A stretch of DNA of 32,000 nucleotides from Fibrobacter succinogenes subsp. succinogenes S85 (GTDB lineage Bacteria; Fibrobacterota; Fibrobacteria; Fibrobacterales; Fibrobacteraceae), in assembly GCF_000146505.1 (NCBI RefSeq), contig NC_017448.1:1260001-1292000 (forward strand). The letters run 5' to 3'. Numbering within the stretch: position 1 is the stretch's first letter; each line of letters starts with the position of its first letter. Positions 14,764 to 24,290 of the stretch are shown piece after piece. The notes under the pieces were generated by a model. That model saw only the letters and a list, made by a program, of their open reading frames with translations, had not been told where the DNA came from and did not search any database. The position numbers and the translations under genes were made by a program.

Positions 14764-17448
14764 ATGGCAAAGAGCATAGAAGAACAGGTCGAGGATTGGT
14801 GCAAAAACCAACTAGAAAACTACTTTACCAAAACAGAGAGCATCAACTCAGAAATCGACAAAGCTCTTAAAACTGCTCCCAGCAAAAAAGGCGGTTCGGG
14901 CCAAAACCTTCCCGATATCAAATGCTTTGTATCTGTTGGTTTCAGAAATATCCCTGTCATGATTGAATGCAAAGGAACTAAAGGTGATTTCGCCAAAACA
15001 GACGAAAACGGATTAATATCCAATACAAATAAAAAAGGAGAAACAGATTATACCGCCATTACAAAATACGCCGTTAATGGAGCTATTCACTATGCAAAAT
15101 CAATTCTCGATTTTACTGAAACATATAAAGAAACAATTGCCATTGGAGTAAATGGCTATAAACAAGATAACGACTTGCAACTAGAAATAGGTGTTTACTA
15201 TTTATCAAAAGACAATCTCGCAATACCTAAGAAAGTTGGAGATTTCTCAGACCTGAGTTTCCTAAAAAAGAAAAACTTGAAAGAATTCTTTGAAAAAATC
15301 GACGAACTTAAACTGACGTTAGAAGAGATAGAAAGCAGAAAACTTGCTCTCGAAGATGAAATCGAAACCAAATTGAAGCGTCTAAACCAAACAATGCATG
15401 ACGATTTAAGTATCACAGTCAAATCAAGAGTGATGCTCATCGTTGGACTAATTATGGCGGGGCTTGGCGTTGAAGATGTTTCTGAAGGTCTTAAAGTTGA
15501 AGAATTAAAGGGAGAATTAGGTCCAAAATCGAATGATGCTCAAAAAATCATCAATAAGGTAGAAGACTTTTTACGGATGAAAAATCTTCCTGAAGAAAAA
15601 CGTGAAGCTATAATGCACGAGCTTTCAAATGTATTCAAAAATGAGGATCTTTACAAACCGAAGAATGGAGAAAGCAAACTGAGAAAAGTTTACGTTATCG
15701 TCCATAAGGATATCCTACCATATCTCACATCTGATTTGCCCAATATTGATTTTACAGGAAGGCTTTTCAACGTTCTCAATGATTGGGTCGATGTTCCTGA
15801 TGGTGCCGAAAATGATGTTGTTCTGACCCCTCGATATGTAACAGAATTGATGGCAAAACTTACTGAAGTCAATATGAACAGTTATGTTTGGGATTATGCT
15901 ACCGGTTCTGCTGGTTTCTTAATTTCAGCGATGCATTTAATGATCGCAGATGCAAAAAACAAGATAAAGAGCCCTGAAGAACTACGAAAAACAATCGCAA
16001 AAATTAAAGCAGAAAAACTATTAGGCATTGAGAAACTTCCTGAAATTTACATTCTCGCTGTTCTGAATATGATTTTGATGGGTGACGGATCGTCAAACAT
16101 TATCAATGGAGATTCAACACAATTTGATGGGAAATATAAACAAGGAAAAATGAAAGACAAAGAATTTCCGGCAAATGTGTTCCTGTTGAATCCGCCCTAT
16201 TCTGCCCCCGGCAAAGGATTAAATTTTGTAGAGAAAGCTCTTTCGAAGATGAAAAGTGGTAAAGCAGCTGTTCTAATTCAAGAGAATGCTGGGAGTACAC
16301 AAGGTGACGGTTACACAAAAAAAATTTTGAACAAAAATACCTTAATTGCATCCATACACATGAGTACTGATTTGTTTATCGGCAAATCAAGCGTGCAAAC
16401 AGCTATTTACGTTTTTGATGTAGGTATTCCTCATGATACTGAAAAACTTGTAAAGTTCATAGATTTTTCAAATGACGGTTACGCTAGACAAAATCGTAAA
16501 AAGTCTAGTCAAAGTGTAAATCTAAAAGACGCCGATAATGCAAAAGAACGCTACGCAGAACTCGTGAATCTAGTGGTTCGAGGTAAAGGAAAAGACGATA
16601 AAAATCTAAACTACTACAAAGACTGTTATGTAGAAGACTATATAACTAGTGAAGGAAATGATTGGACATATAGTCAGCACAAGAAAATAGACATTAAGCC
16701 TACAGAGAATGATTTCAAAAAAATTATCAAAGAATACATGGCTTGGCAAATCAGCAATCTTATAAGAAATGAAGACATTTATCCATGGACAAATAAATCC
16801 CCAGAGCAAAGCAATTGCATTCTTTCTAAAAAAGAACGTGATTGTATTCAAATGAAGAACGCAACATTCAAAGCAATTACCATTGGATCCTTATTTGATA
16901 TCCATCCAACCAAAGCATACAAAGCAACAAATAAGGATTTATTTAAGGAAAAAGGCAAAGTTCCCGTTGTAGCCAATTCCTCTGTAGATAATGGTATTGG
17001 CGGATGGACAAACCTAAAAGCAACAGAAAAAGGCAACAAGGTAGTATTTAGCGATACCACAACATCTGATTCTATATTTTATCAACCCAATGATTTTGTG
17101 GGTTATCCCCATGTCCAAGGACTATACCCATATTGTAACAAATGGGATGAAAACAGCTTATTGTATTTTATTACTTGTTTTAGAAAAAGTGCTTCAGGAT
17201 TATTTAATTACGGAAATAAGTTTACTAGGAAAAATGCTCTAAAAATGAAAGTTTTTCTTCCCGAAAAAAATAAGGAAGATATAGATTTCAGTTTTATGGA
17301 AACTTTCATTTCTGCACAAAAGAAACTCATTATTCAAAAATTGTCTTGTTGGCTAGAACAACAAAAAATCAATAACGAAATATACATAATAGAGAAAGAG
17401 ATTCCTCAAGACACACTTTCCATGATTGCGGAAAAGAAACATCATTAG
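14764..17448 (+). CDS. Single-polypeptide restriction-modification enzyme: N-terminal PD-ExK nuclease, gamma-class N6-adenine methyltransferase, C-terminal HsdS-like TRD (Type IIG/IIB-like)
   Basis: Nuclease motif ...GGSGQNLPD(51)IK...VMIE(68)CK(70)G. Methylase motif I VWDYATGSAGFL and motif IV NPPY (nt 16189..16200). The C-terminal ~200 aa (FKAITIGSLFDIHPTKAYK...VPVVANSSVDNGIGGW...FSDTTT...) resembles one specificity-subunit target-recognition domain. A hand-counted 60-nt sample is 32% GC, against 52% in valS. Confidence 0.8.
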   Translation: MAKSIEEQVEDWCKNQLENYFTKTESINSEIDKALKTAPSKKGGSGQNLPDIKCFVSVGFRNIPVMIECKGTKGDFAKTDENGLISNTNKKGETDYTAITKYAVNGAIHYAKSILDFTETYKETIAIGVNGYKQDNDLQLEIGVYYLSKDNLAIPKKVGDFSDLSFLKKKNLKEFFEKIDELKLTLEEIESRKLALEDEIETKLKRLNQTMHDDLSITVKSRVMLIVGLIMAGLGVEDVSEGLKVEELKGELGPKSNDAQKIINKVEDFLRMKNLPEEKREAIMHELSNVFKNEDLYKPKNGESKLRKVYVIVHKDILPYLTSDLPNIDFTGRLFNVLNDWVDVPDGAENDVVLTPRYVTELMAKLTEVNMNSYVWDYATGSAGFLISAMHLMIADAKNKIKSPEELRKTIAKIKAEKLLGIEKLPEIYILAVLNMILMGDGSSNIINGDSTQFDGKYKQGKMKDKEFPANVFLLNPPYSAPGKGLNFVEKALSKMKSGKAAVLIQENAGSTQGDGYTKKILNKNTLIASIHMSTDLFIGKSSVQTAIYVFDVGIPHDTEKLVKFIDFSNDGYARQNRKKSSQSVNLKDADNAKERYAELVNLVVRGKGKDDKNLNYYKDCYVEDYITSEGNDWTYSQHKKIDIKPTENDFKKIIKEYMAWQISNLIRNEDIYPWTNKSPEQSNCILSKKERDCIQMKNATFKAITIGSLFDIHPTKAYKATNKDLFKEKGKVPVVANSSVDNGIGGWTNLKATEKGNKVVFSDTTTSDSIFYQPNDFVGYPHVQGLYPYCNKWDENSLLYFITCFRKSASGLFNYGNKFTRKNALKMKVFLPEKNKEDIDFSFMETFISAQKKLIIQKLSCWLEQQKINNEIYIIEKEIPQDTLSMIAEKKHH

Positions 17449-17478
17449 AAATCTATTTTTACCTCGAACGTTTCTTGT

Positions 17479-17555
17479 GGCGTGGGTCGATTGTATTTTT
17501 TTACGTTATAGGCTTACCAGTGCCTAGGTCATACAAATATAGTCGATACCACGCC
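17479..17555 (+). repeat. Long-hairpin element, right copy (terminator-like, followed by T5)
   Basis: GGCGTGGGTCGA...TCGAtaCCACGCC closing stem, extended by TTGTAT/ATACAA, then TTTTT. It lies 31 nt after the R-M stop codon. Confidence 0.6.
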
Positions 17556-17695
17556 TTTTTGCTATCATAAGCCCGGGGCGTTGCGGGGCGCGGCGATTGA
17601 GCGCCCGCTCGAAGGGGTAGCGAGCAACGCAGTGCGAGCGAGGGGAAGGCTTTCCCCCTCCTACCCTTTTTAATTGCTTTTTCAATTGCAATTCT

Positions 17696-17723
17696 CTCGT
17701 CTCTCGTCTTTAGTCTCTCGTCT
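17696..17723 (+). repeat. Tandem heptamer array CTCGTCT x4 upstream of valS
   Basis: ctcgtct ctcgtct ttagtct ctcgtct, ending 22 nt before the valS ATG. It has the same orientation relative to the downstream gene as the 12471..12500 array. Confidence 0.9.
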
Positions 17724-17745
17724 ATTTTACTAAATTTGGCGCATT

Positions 17746-20508
17746 ATGGAAATGGAAACTCGTTATAATCCGAAAATTGTAGAAGACCGTTGGCACGACC
17801 AATGGAACAAGAATAATGATTTTGCCCCGAGCGGAAAGGGTGAACCGTTCTCCGTCGTCATTCCGCCTCCGAACGTTACGGGTGCTCTGCACCTCGGCCA
17901 CGCTCTGAACGACACGCTGCAGGACATTCTCGTCCGCTATCGCCGTAAGACTGGCCGCGACACGCTCTGGATTCCGGGCACGGACCACGCCGGCATTGCC
18001 ACGCAGGCTGTCGTCGAAAAGAGACTTTTCCAGGACGAACACAAGACACGCCACGACATTGGCCGCGACGCCCTCGTGGAACGCATTTGGAAGTGGAAGG
18101 ACGAATACGAAGCCCGCATCACGAAGCAGCTCAAGAGCCTCGGCGTCAGCTGCGACTGGAGCCGTCAGCGCTTCACGCTCGACCCGGTTTGCGCAAAGGC
18201 TGTCCGCCACGCATTCTTCAACCTTTTCAAGAAGGGTCTTATCTACCGCGGCAAGCGTCTCGTGAACTGGGACACCAAGCTCCAGACGGCTGTGGCAGAC
18301 GATGAAATTTATTACGAAACTGTGAAGGGTCACTTCTGGACGTTCAAGTATCCTCTCGCCGACGGTTCGGGATTCATCCCGGTTTCGACGACTCGTCCGG
18401 AAACGATCATGGGCGATACGGCTCTCGCTGTGCACCCGAACGACGAACGCTACAAGCAGTTCATCGGCAAGATGCTCAAGGTTCCGTTCGTGAACCGCGA
18501 AATTCCGGTGATTGCAGACGCGATCCTCGTCGATATGGAATTCGGTACGGGTTCCGTGAAGGTGACTCCGGCTCATGACCCGAACGACTACGCTACGGGC
18601 CTCCGCCACAAGCTCCCGATGATCAACATCATGAACGACGACGGCAGCCTCAACGAGAATGCCGGTCCGTTCCAGGGCATGAAGGGTCAGGCCGCACGCG
18701 ACGCCGTGGTGAAGGGTCTCGAAGACTTGGGCCTCCTCATCAAGGTCGAAGACCACGAAATGCAGGTGGGTCACTCCGACCGTTCCAAGACTGTGATTGA
18801 ACCGTACTTGAGCGACCAGTGGTTCGTGAAGATGGACGTTCTCGCCGACAACGCCATGAAGGCTGTCACGAGCGGCGAAATCAAGATCATTCCGGAACGC
18901 TATGCAAACAAGTACCTCGACTGGCTCAAGGAAAAGCGCGACTGGTGCATCAGCCGTCAGCTCTGGTGGGGCCACCGCATTCCTATTTGGCACGCCGACG
19001 AAACGACGACCGAAGAGGACTTGAACAAGGCATTCGCAGGCCGTAACGACATTTACTATTACAAGGCTCAGAACGGCATCTGGCTCATCTGCTCCGAAGA
19101 AGAAAACTTGAAGGAAGATGCAGTTGCCGGTCACAAGATTGTGCAGGAAGAAGACGTGCTCGACACGTGGTTCTCCAGTGGTCTCTGGCCGCACTCCACT
19201 ATGGGCTGGCCGGAACAGACGGACACGCTCAAGAAGTACTATCCGACTTCTGTGCTCGTGACGAGCCGCGACATCATTACGCTCTGGGTCGCCCGCATGG
19301 TGCTCTTCAGCCAGGAAAACATGGGCACGGTTCCGTTCCACACGGTGTACATCCACCCGAAGATTTTGGACGGCAATGGCATGACCATGAGCAAGTCCAA
19401 GGGCAATGGCGTGGACCCGATGGATATCGAAAAGAAGTACGGCACGGACGCTCTCCGCTTCGTGATGGCAAGCCTCTGCACCGACAACCAGGACGTCAGA
19501 CTCCCGGTGAAGAAGGAAAAGCAGGAAGATGGTTCTGTCATCAACACGAGCGAAAAGTTCGAAATTGGTCGTAATTTCTCGAACAAGCTCTGGAACGCTT
19601 GCCGCTTCTTGTTCCCGCACTTGGAACAGGCTGGCGCACTTTCCAAGGATATGCTCCCGATGGATTCTTCGATCTTCGCTCTCGAAGACCGCTGGATTCT
19701 CTCTCGCTTGAACTCCACCATCCAGGACGCAACGAAGATGCTCGAAGAGTTCCACTTTGCTGAACTCGCCGGCTTCCTCTACCGCTTTGTCTGGGACGAT
19801 GTCTGCTCTAGCTACTTGGAAATCAAGAAGGCCGTAATCAACAGCGAAACGCTCACCGCCGAAAAGAAGAACGCTATGGCTATCCTCAGCCACGTGCTCC
19901 GCGGCGTGATTGACCTGTTGCATCCGGTGATGCCGTTCATCACGGAAGAACTGAACGCAACGCTCTTCCCGGGTTCTGAACGCGTGATCAACAGCGCTTG
20001 GCCGAAGGCCGACGCAAGCCTCATCGACGCCAAGATCGAAGCCGCATTCAACCAGGCATTCGCTGTCGTGGAAAGCGTGCGTGGCGTGCGCGGTCGCTAC
20101 AACGTAAGCCCGGCTACCAAGCTCAAGGCTGTCGTGAGCGTCGATACCGCCGAAACCGAAGCAAGCGTGAAGGATTGCCAGGCTATCATCACCGAACTCG
20201 GTGGACTTGAATCGTTCTCTGTGGCCGTGAAGGCTGCAAAGCCGAAGTTCAGCGCAAGCTCCGTGGTGCCGGGTGGCGAACTCTACATCCCGCTCGAAGG
20301 TATCCTTGACCCGGCTGCAGAAATTGCACGCCTCGAAAAGGAAATCGAAAAGGCCAAGGCTTTCGCTGCCAGCATCGAAAAGAAGCTCTCCAACGAAAAG
20401 TTCGTAAACGGAGCTCCGGAAGCAGTCGTGAACGCCGAACGCACCAAGCTCGCGACACAGCAGGACATCATCGCTAAGAATGAGGCCGCGCTGAAGGAAC
20501 TGCGCTAA
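17746..20508 (+). CDS. valS: Valine--tRNA ligase
   Basis: PPPNVTGALHLGHALN (HIGH motif), MSKSKGNG (KMSKS motif), WCISRQLWWGHRIP, and a C-terminal coiled-coil arm. The 920-aa length is typical. Confidence 0.97.
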   Translation: MEMETRYNPKIVEDRWHDQWNKNNDFAPSGKGEPFSVVIPPPNVTGALHLGHALNDTLQDILVRYRRKTGRDTLWIPGTDHAGIATQAVVEKRLFQDEHKTRHDIGRDALVERIWKWKDEYEARITKQLKSLGVSCDWSRQRFTLDPVCAKAVRHAFFNLFKKGLIYRGKRLVNWDTKLQTAVADDEIYYETVKGHFWTFKYPLADGSGFIPVSTTRPETIMGDTALAVHPNDERYKQFIGKMLKVPFVNREIPVIADAILVDMEFGTGSVKVTPAHDPNDYATGLRHKLPMINIMNDDGSLNENAGPFQGMKGQAARDAVVKGLEDLGLLIKVEDHEMQVGHSDRSKTVIEPYLSDQWFVKMDVLADNAMKAVTSGEIKIIPERYANKYLDWLKEKRDWCISRQLWWGHRIPIWHADETTTEEDLNKAFAGRNDIYYYKAQNGIWLICSEEENLKEDAVAGHKIVQEEDVLDTWFSSGLWPHSTMGWPEQTDTLKKYYPTSVLVTSRDIITLWVARMVLFSQENMGTVPFHTVYIHPKILDGNGMTMSKSKGNGVDPMDIEKKYGTDALRFVMASLCTDNQDVRLPVKKEKQEDGSVINTSEKFEIGRNFSNKLWNACRFLFPHLEQAGALSKDMLPMDSSIFALEDRWILSRLNSTIQDATKMLEEFHFAELAGFLYRFVWDDVCSSYLEIKKAVINSETLTAEKKNAMAILSHVLRGVIDLLHPVMPFITEELNATLFPGSERVINSAWPKADASLIDAKIEAAFNQAFAVVESVRGVRGRYNVSPATKLKAVVSVDTAETEASVKDCQAIITELGGLESFSVAVKAAKPKFSASSVVPGGELYIPLEGILDPAAEIARLEKEIEKAKAFAASIEKKLSNEKFVNGAPEAVVNAERTKLATQQDIIAKNEAALKELR

Positions 20509-20520
20509 TCGCTACTAGTC

Positions 20521-20562
20521 ATTCCCGGCGCCTGTCCTCGCTTGACGGGGATGACCGGGAAT
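20521..20562. repeat. REP-like intergenic hairpin
   Basis: ATTCCCGG ... CCGGGAAT forms an 8-bp stem with a 26-nt GC-rich loop. The GTCATT-prefixed style also appears at 14421..14450 (GTCATTGCGAGCATAGCGAAGCAATC). Confidence 0.4.
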
Positions 20563-20576
20563 CTCCTAAGACTTCA

Positions 20577-20610
20577 AAAGAGGCACTCCCCCGCGGAGCG
20601 CCTCTTTTTT
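20577..20610 (+). terminator. Rho-independent terminator of valS
   Basis: AGAGGCACTCC-cccgc-GGAGCGCCTCT (11-bp stem, 1 mismatch) followed by T6. Confidence 0.8.
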
Positions 20611-20620
20611 ATCCCTCAAC

Positions 20621-20648
20621 GTATCATAAAAAATTAAAACCGTATCAT
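20621..20648 (+). promoter_or_regulatory. GTATCAT direct repeat pair upstream of the lipoprotein cluster
   Basis: cGTATCAT occurs at 20621 and again at 20642, 21 bp apart and about 110-135 nt upstream of the ATG at 20757. Confidence 0.3.
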
Positions 20649-20756
20649 TTAGACAAAGTAATAAAAAATAAGTTTTTTAAGACAAAAATTCATTACACAA
20701 CTCCCTCAAATTATGTATTTTACAATTATCAAATTGAACTATCCGGAGGAAATCCA

Positions 20757-22298
20757 ATGCATTTGAAGAGTTGTGGATTATCACTGTTTGCACTCGCTGC
20801 AGCATCATTTACGTTTACCGCATGTACCGATTCCAATCCAAGCACGCCATTCGCAAACACGCCTGTCGCAGGCCCCACAGAATCAAGCTCTTCAAGCGAC
20901 GGCATTCCTACCTCCAGCGAAAACCTTTCTAGCTCAGAAATTTTCGCATCAAGTTCTAGCAGCGCGCAGTCCCCTATTATACAAGCCGGATTCCAGACCT
21001 GGCGCGGGACCGACAAAGCACAACAAATCATAACCGGTTACGATGCAGGAACAGGAACTTCTGGCTACTGGTACGAAGTCAACGATTCTGCGTTTAACGG
21101 CGCATCAAAAGTTATTTGGGTCGCAGCAGCTTCCGAGCAATGCGAAGGCATTTGCGGAACATTTGTTCTGGATAGAGCAAACATGACCTACAACCCGTTC
21201 GCAGCAGTCGCATTCGATTTAGCGGGCAAAAATGCACAAGGCGAGCTCGTAGCTATTGATGCGACAGACATGGGAGGCATTTGCATTACCTACTCCTCCG
21301 ATTTCGCCCCGACTCTGGAACTTTCACTTGGCGAAGCACAAAACGCCATCTACGAATACGCACTCCCTATCAAAAGTCTCAGAAAAACAGCAACACCCGA
21401 AACATTCAACATCAAGTGGTCTGAATTCCTACAGCCCGCTTGGGCGAAAAACAAAATCACAAGCGAAGAAGCCATAAAGAAACTCGTTTCTATTCAATTC
21501 AAAGTTCAAGCAACAACCGGCAGCGAATCCAGATTCGACATTATAGAAGTCGGCAGTTACGGGAATTGCACATACACACCGCCACCGACACCACCCATTG
21601 ACCAAAACCCAGATTCCGATCCGAACCCGAACTTGCCCAAGACTTCACCGTTTGAAACCTGGTATGGTAGCCTCGGAGATTATCGAATCATAACCGGCTA
21701 CGATGCAGGAACAGAAACATCCGGATACTGGTTCACTTACGGAGACGACCCTATCGCCGGAGCATCTTATATTGTTTGGCCTGTAGAAACAGACTATATA
21801 CCAGGCGAAAACGATTGGATGGACCCCATCATAGACCATTGCGAAGGAATTTGCGGAACAATCGAATTTAACAAAGGAAAAATGACCGAAAGGAGTCCTT
21901 TTATCGGGCTAGGTTTCAACATTGCCGGAGAAAAAAGTCTAGACGACGATATATATACGGGTGAACCGGTTGATGCATCCGCTATGGGCGGCGTTTGCGT
22001 CACCTACACCTCCAACAACGACATAGACCTCATATTAGGGCTCGGCGCAAAAGAGGAAGAATACGATTACAACCTTCCCACCAAAGTACTCCCAAAGAGT
22101 CAAACACCTATGACCAAGTACGTTGCATGGGCAGATTTCAAACAACCGAGCGAAGGAAACGGAAAAAAGATTTCCGGTGAAGGAGCCGCAAAAATCCTAA
22201 CCATGATTAAATTCGAGATACCTGGGGAACACGGCACGCAAGCATCTGTCAACATCAAGTCCGTTGGGCCGTACAACGGTGGCGATTGCCATCCGTAA
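20757..22298 (+). CDS. Lipoprotein with Ser-rich tether and two copies of an unrecognised ~200-aa four-Cys module (paralog 1)
   Basis: Lipobox LAAASFTFTAC|T and a GGAGG RBS. Ser-rich linker. Each module has ...(T/E)W.G...I.TGYD.GT.TSGYW..., C.GICGT, MGG(I/V)C(I/V)TY.S, a K/W...F.QP motif, and a terminal G..(C). Confidence 0.8.
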   Translation: MHLKSCGLSLFALAAASFTFTACTDSNPSTPFANTPVAGPTESSSSSDGIPTSSENLSSSEIFASSSSSAQSPIIQAGFQTWRGTDKAQQIITGYDAGTGTSGYWYEVNDSAFNGASKVIWVAAASEQCEGICGTFVLDRANMTYNPFAAVAFDLAGKNAQGELVAIDATDMGGICITYSSDFAPTLELSLGEAQNAIYEYALPIKSLRKTATPETFNIKWSEFLQPAWAKNKITSEEAIKKLVSIQFKVQATTGSESRFDIIEVGSYGNCTYTPPPTPPIDQNPDSDPNPNLPKTSPFETWYGSLGDYRIITGYDAGTETSGYWFTYGDDPIAGASYIVWPVETDYIPGENDWMDPIIDHCEGICGTIEFNKGKMTERSPFIGLGFNIAGEKSLDDDIYTGEPVDASAMGGVCVTYTSNNDIDLILGLGAKEEEYDYNLPTKVLPKSQTPMTKYVAWADFKQPSEGNGKKISGEGAAKILTMIKFEIPGEHGTQASVNIKSVGPYNGGDCHP

Positions 22299-22315
22299 AG
22301 CAGTAGGAGCGCCAT

Positions 22316-23944
22316 ATGCTTTGCTCGCAAAAATTTTTCAAGCCGTATATATTAGCAGCCATCGCAGTTTCTGCAACCTTTGTCGCTTGCGGAGACTCCG
22401 ATACCGTGGCGCCTCCGCCCTCGTTTGAATCAAGCTCTTCTAACGGCGGTATTTTTGCATCGTCCAGTTCCGTTATAATTGCAGGTTCTTCAAGCGATTT
22501 CGCCGTTTCGTCAAGTAGCGTAGCGCTATCCAGTTCGCAGATTGCTCCATCCAGTTCCAGCGCACAGCCGCCCATAATCAAGACCAAAGAGGCTATTTGC
22601 GGTGACATGTGGTGCGCTCGTAGAGACCGAGATTCCCGCGTCAATACCGGTTTCGATGCAGGCTTCGAGACTTCCGGTTATTGGTTTGATGAATCCGACA
22701 CGGAATATCAAACGGAAGGTTCCACAATCACTTGGGAGGGCTTCGACAACAGAGATTGCACCTTCGCTGACGACTGCTTTGCAGATATGATTGAGCAATG
22801 CGGCGGCATTTGCGTAACACAAACGCTCGTAAAGCGAGACCAAGTAAACAATCTATACGCGAGTATCGGATTTAACGTTGCCGGTGTTGACGAACAAAAT
22901 AAACGTATCGTCACCGACATTTCTGAACTAGAAGGACTCTGCGTTGTTTACACCTCCGACACAGAGGTTTATCTCGAAATGCACATAGACGATGTTTCGA
23001 ATAAATATCTCGCCCTCGATTTTCCTCGCGCCACGCTTCCCCAAGCATCCACCCCCGTCATGAAAGATTTCACTTGGAAAGATTTCAAGCAAGACGGAAC
23101 AGGCAATATGAGGATATCCGGTGAAGACGCCGCAAAGAGTCTAGTCTCGCTCATGTTCACATTAAAGGGCAGTCAAGATGCATCCAATCACTTCAACATC
23201 ATGTCCATAGGTCGTTACGGAACATGCAGAACAGTCGCCAACGTAGATTCCGTTGCACAGCTCTCTAAAAGTCCATTCCGAACCTGGCATGGTTCTAGAG
23301 ATTTCGAAATCAAAACCGGTTACGACAACGGGAGTAAAACATCGGGTATATGGTTCAGCATTTTCGATGACCAGCAAAATGGCGCTTCATCAATAACCTG
23401 GCCGATAGACCCACCTTATGACAACTTCAGCGAGGACTCCTTTGACAGTTGGAGAATGGAGCTTATAGAAGAATGTAAGGGAATTTGCGCGGAATACTAT
23501 CTTAACAAATTCCAATTCCCCGACGAAAAAGAGCCATTTGTAGGAATTGGCATCATTATAGCTGGAGAAGAAATCAATCCCGAGAGCAATATATCCTACC
23601 TGACAACAATAGATGCAACAAACATGGGCGGGGTTTGCGTTTCGTACACATCCGACAATGACATGTATATACAAATGGGACTCGGCGATAAGAAAGACGA
23701 AGAACTGAATTACGCGTTGCCAATCGTTTCGATTCCCGCAAGCAAAGAAGTCAACACGGTGTACGTGAAATGGTCGCAATTCCAGCAGCCCTCATGGTAT
23801 GATGGAGACAAAAAGATTACAGGAGCAGAAGCCGCAAAATCACTAGCCGCAGTTCATTTCCTAGCGCACGGTCAAAGCGGTTCTGCAGGCAAATTCAACA
23901 TCATGTCTATCGGCCCGTACAACAGAGGCTACTGCTACCCATAA
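22316..23944 (+). CDS. Lipoprotein, paralog 2 of the two-module family
   Basis: Lipobox SATFVAC|G and an AGGAG RBS, 17 nt after paralog 1. A very Ser-rich tether is followed by two modules with CGGICVT/CKGICAE, EGLCVVYTSD/MGGVCVSYTSD, and W.DFKQ/WSQFQQPSWY. Confidence 0.8.
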   Translation: MLCSQKFFKPYILAAIAVSATFVACGDSDTVAPPPSFESSSSNGGIFASSSSVIIAGSSSDFAVSSSSVALSSSQIAPSSSSAQPPIIKTKEAICGDMWCARRDRDSRVNTGFDAGFETSGYWFDESDTEYQTEGSTITWEGFDNRDCTFADDCFADMIEQCGGICVTQTLVKRDQVNNLYASIGFNVAGVDEQNKRIVTDISELEGLCVVYTSDTEVYLEMHIDDVSNKYLALDFPRATLPQASTPVMKDFTWKDFKQDGTGNMRISGEDAAKSLVSLMFTLKGSQDASNHFNIMSIGRYGTCRTVANVDSVAQLSKSPFRTWHGSRDFEIKTGYDNGSKTSGIWFSIFDDQQNGASSITWPIDPPYDNFSEDSFDSWRMELIEECKGICAEYYLNKFQFPDEKEPFVGIGIIIAGEEINPESNISYLTTIDATNMGGVCVSYTSDNDMYIQMGLGDKKDEELNYALPIVSIPASKEVNTVYVKWSQFQQPSWYDGDKKITGAEAAKSLAAVHFLAHGQSGSAGKFNIMSIGPYNRGYCYP

Positions 23945-23967
23945 ACGACACTATTCAACTTGAAAAC

Positions 23968-23996
23968 AGGCACTCCACATGGAGTGCCTTTTTTTT
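23968..23996 (+). terminator. Rho-independent terminator after paralog 2
   Basis: AGGCACTCC-acat-GGAGTGCCT (perfect 9-bp stem) followed by T7. Confidence 0.85.
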
Positions 23997-24290
23997 GCGC
24001 TTTTCCAGCGTCATATTTTTGAAAGCAAAAAATTACATTACCATTTTTGGCTCAAAAAGCATGTATCATAAAGCACACCAATAGCACTACAACTCGTATT
24101 ATATAGAACAACATTCTTGATATTTCAGCACAAGTTCACGTATTATATTGAATAACCCTTTTGTATTAAAAAGAAATTCAGTATAACAAACAAAGTAACA
24201 AATTCATCTTTTGTACAAAAATTAATTTTTCTTTTCAATTTTAACTTATATATATTTTCAGTACCAACTTAAACGAATAGGAGGAACCTT

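Noticed and set aside
17560-17690. GC-rich stretch upstream of valS (GGGCGC...GCGCCC and GAGGGG...CCCCTC hairpins, TAGCGAGCAACGCAGTGCGAGCGAGG), possibly homologous to the 14421..14446 element as an outer inverted repeat of an R-M transposon
   Set aside because: The similarity is limited to short GCGAGCA-type low-complexity strings. I could not align it convincingly in either orientation, so I treat it as generic REP-like intergenic hairpins rather than island ends.
17722-19923. 733-aa minus-strand ORF
   Set aside because: It is the antisense shadow of valS. The + frame carries the HIGH and KMSKS motifs.
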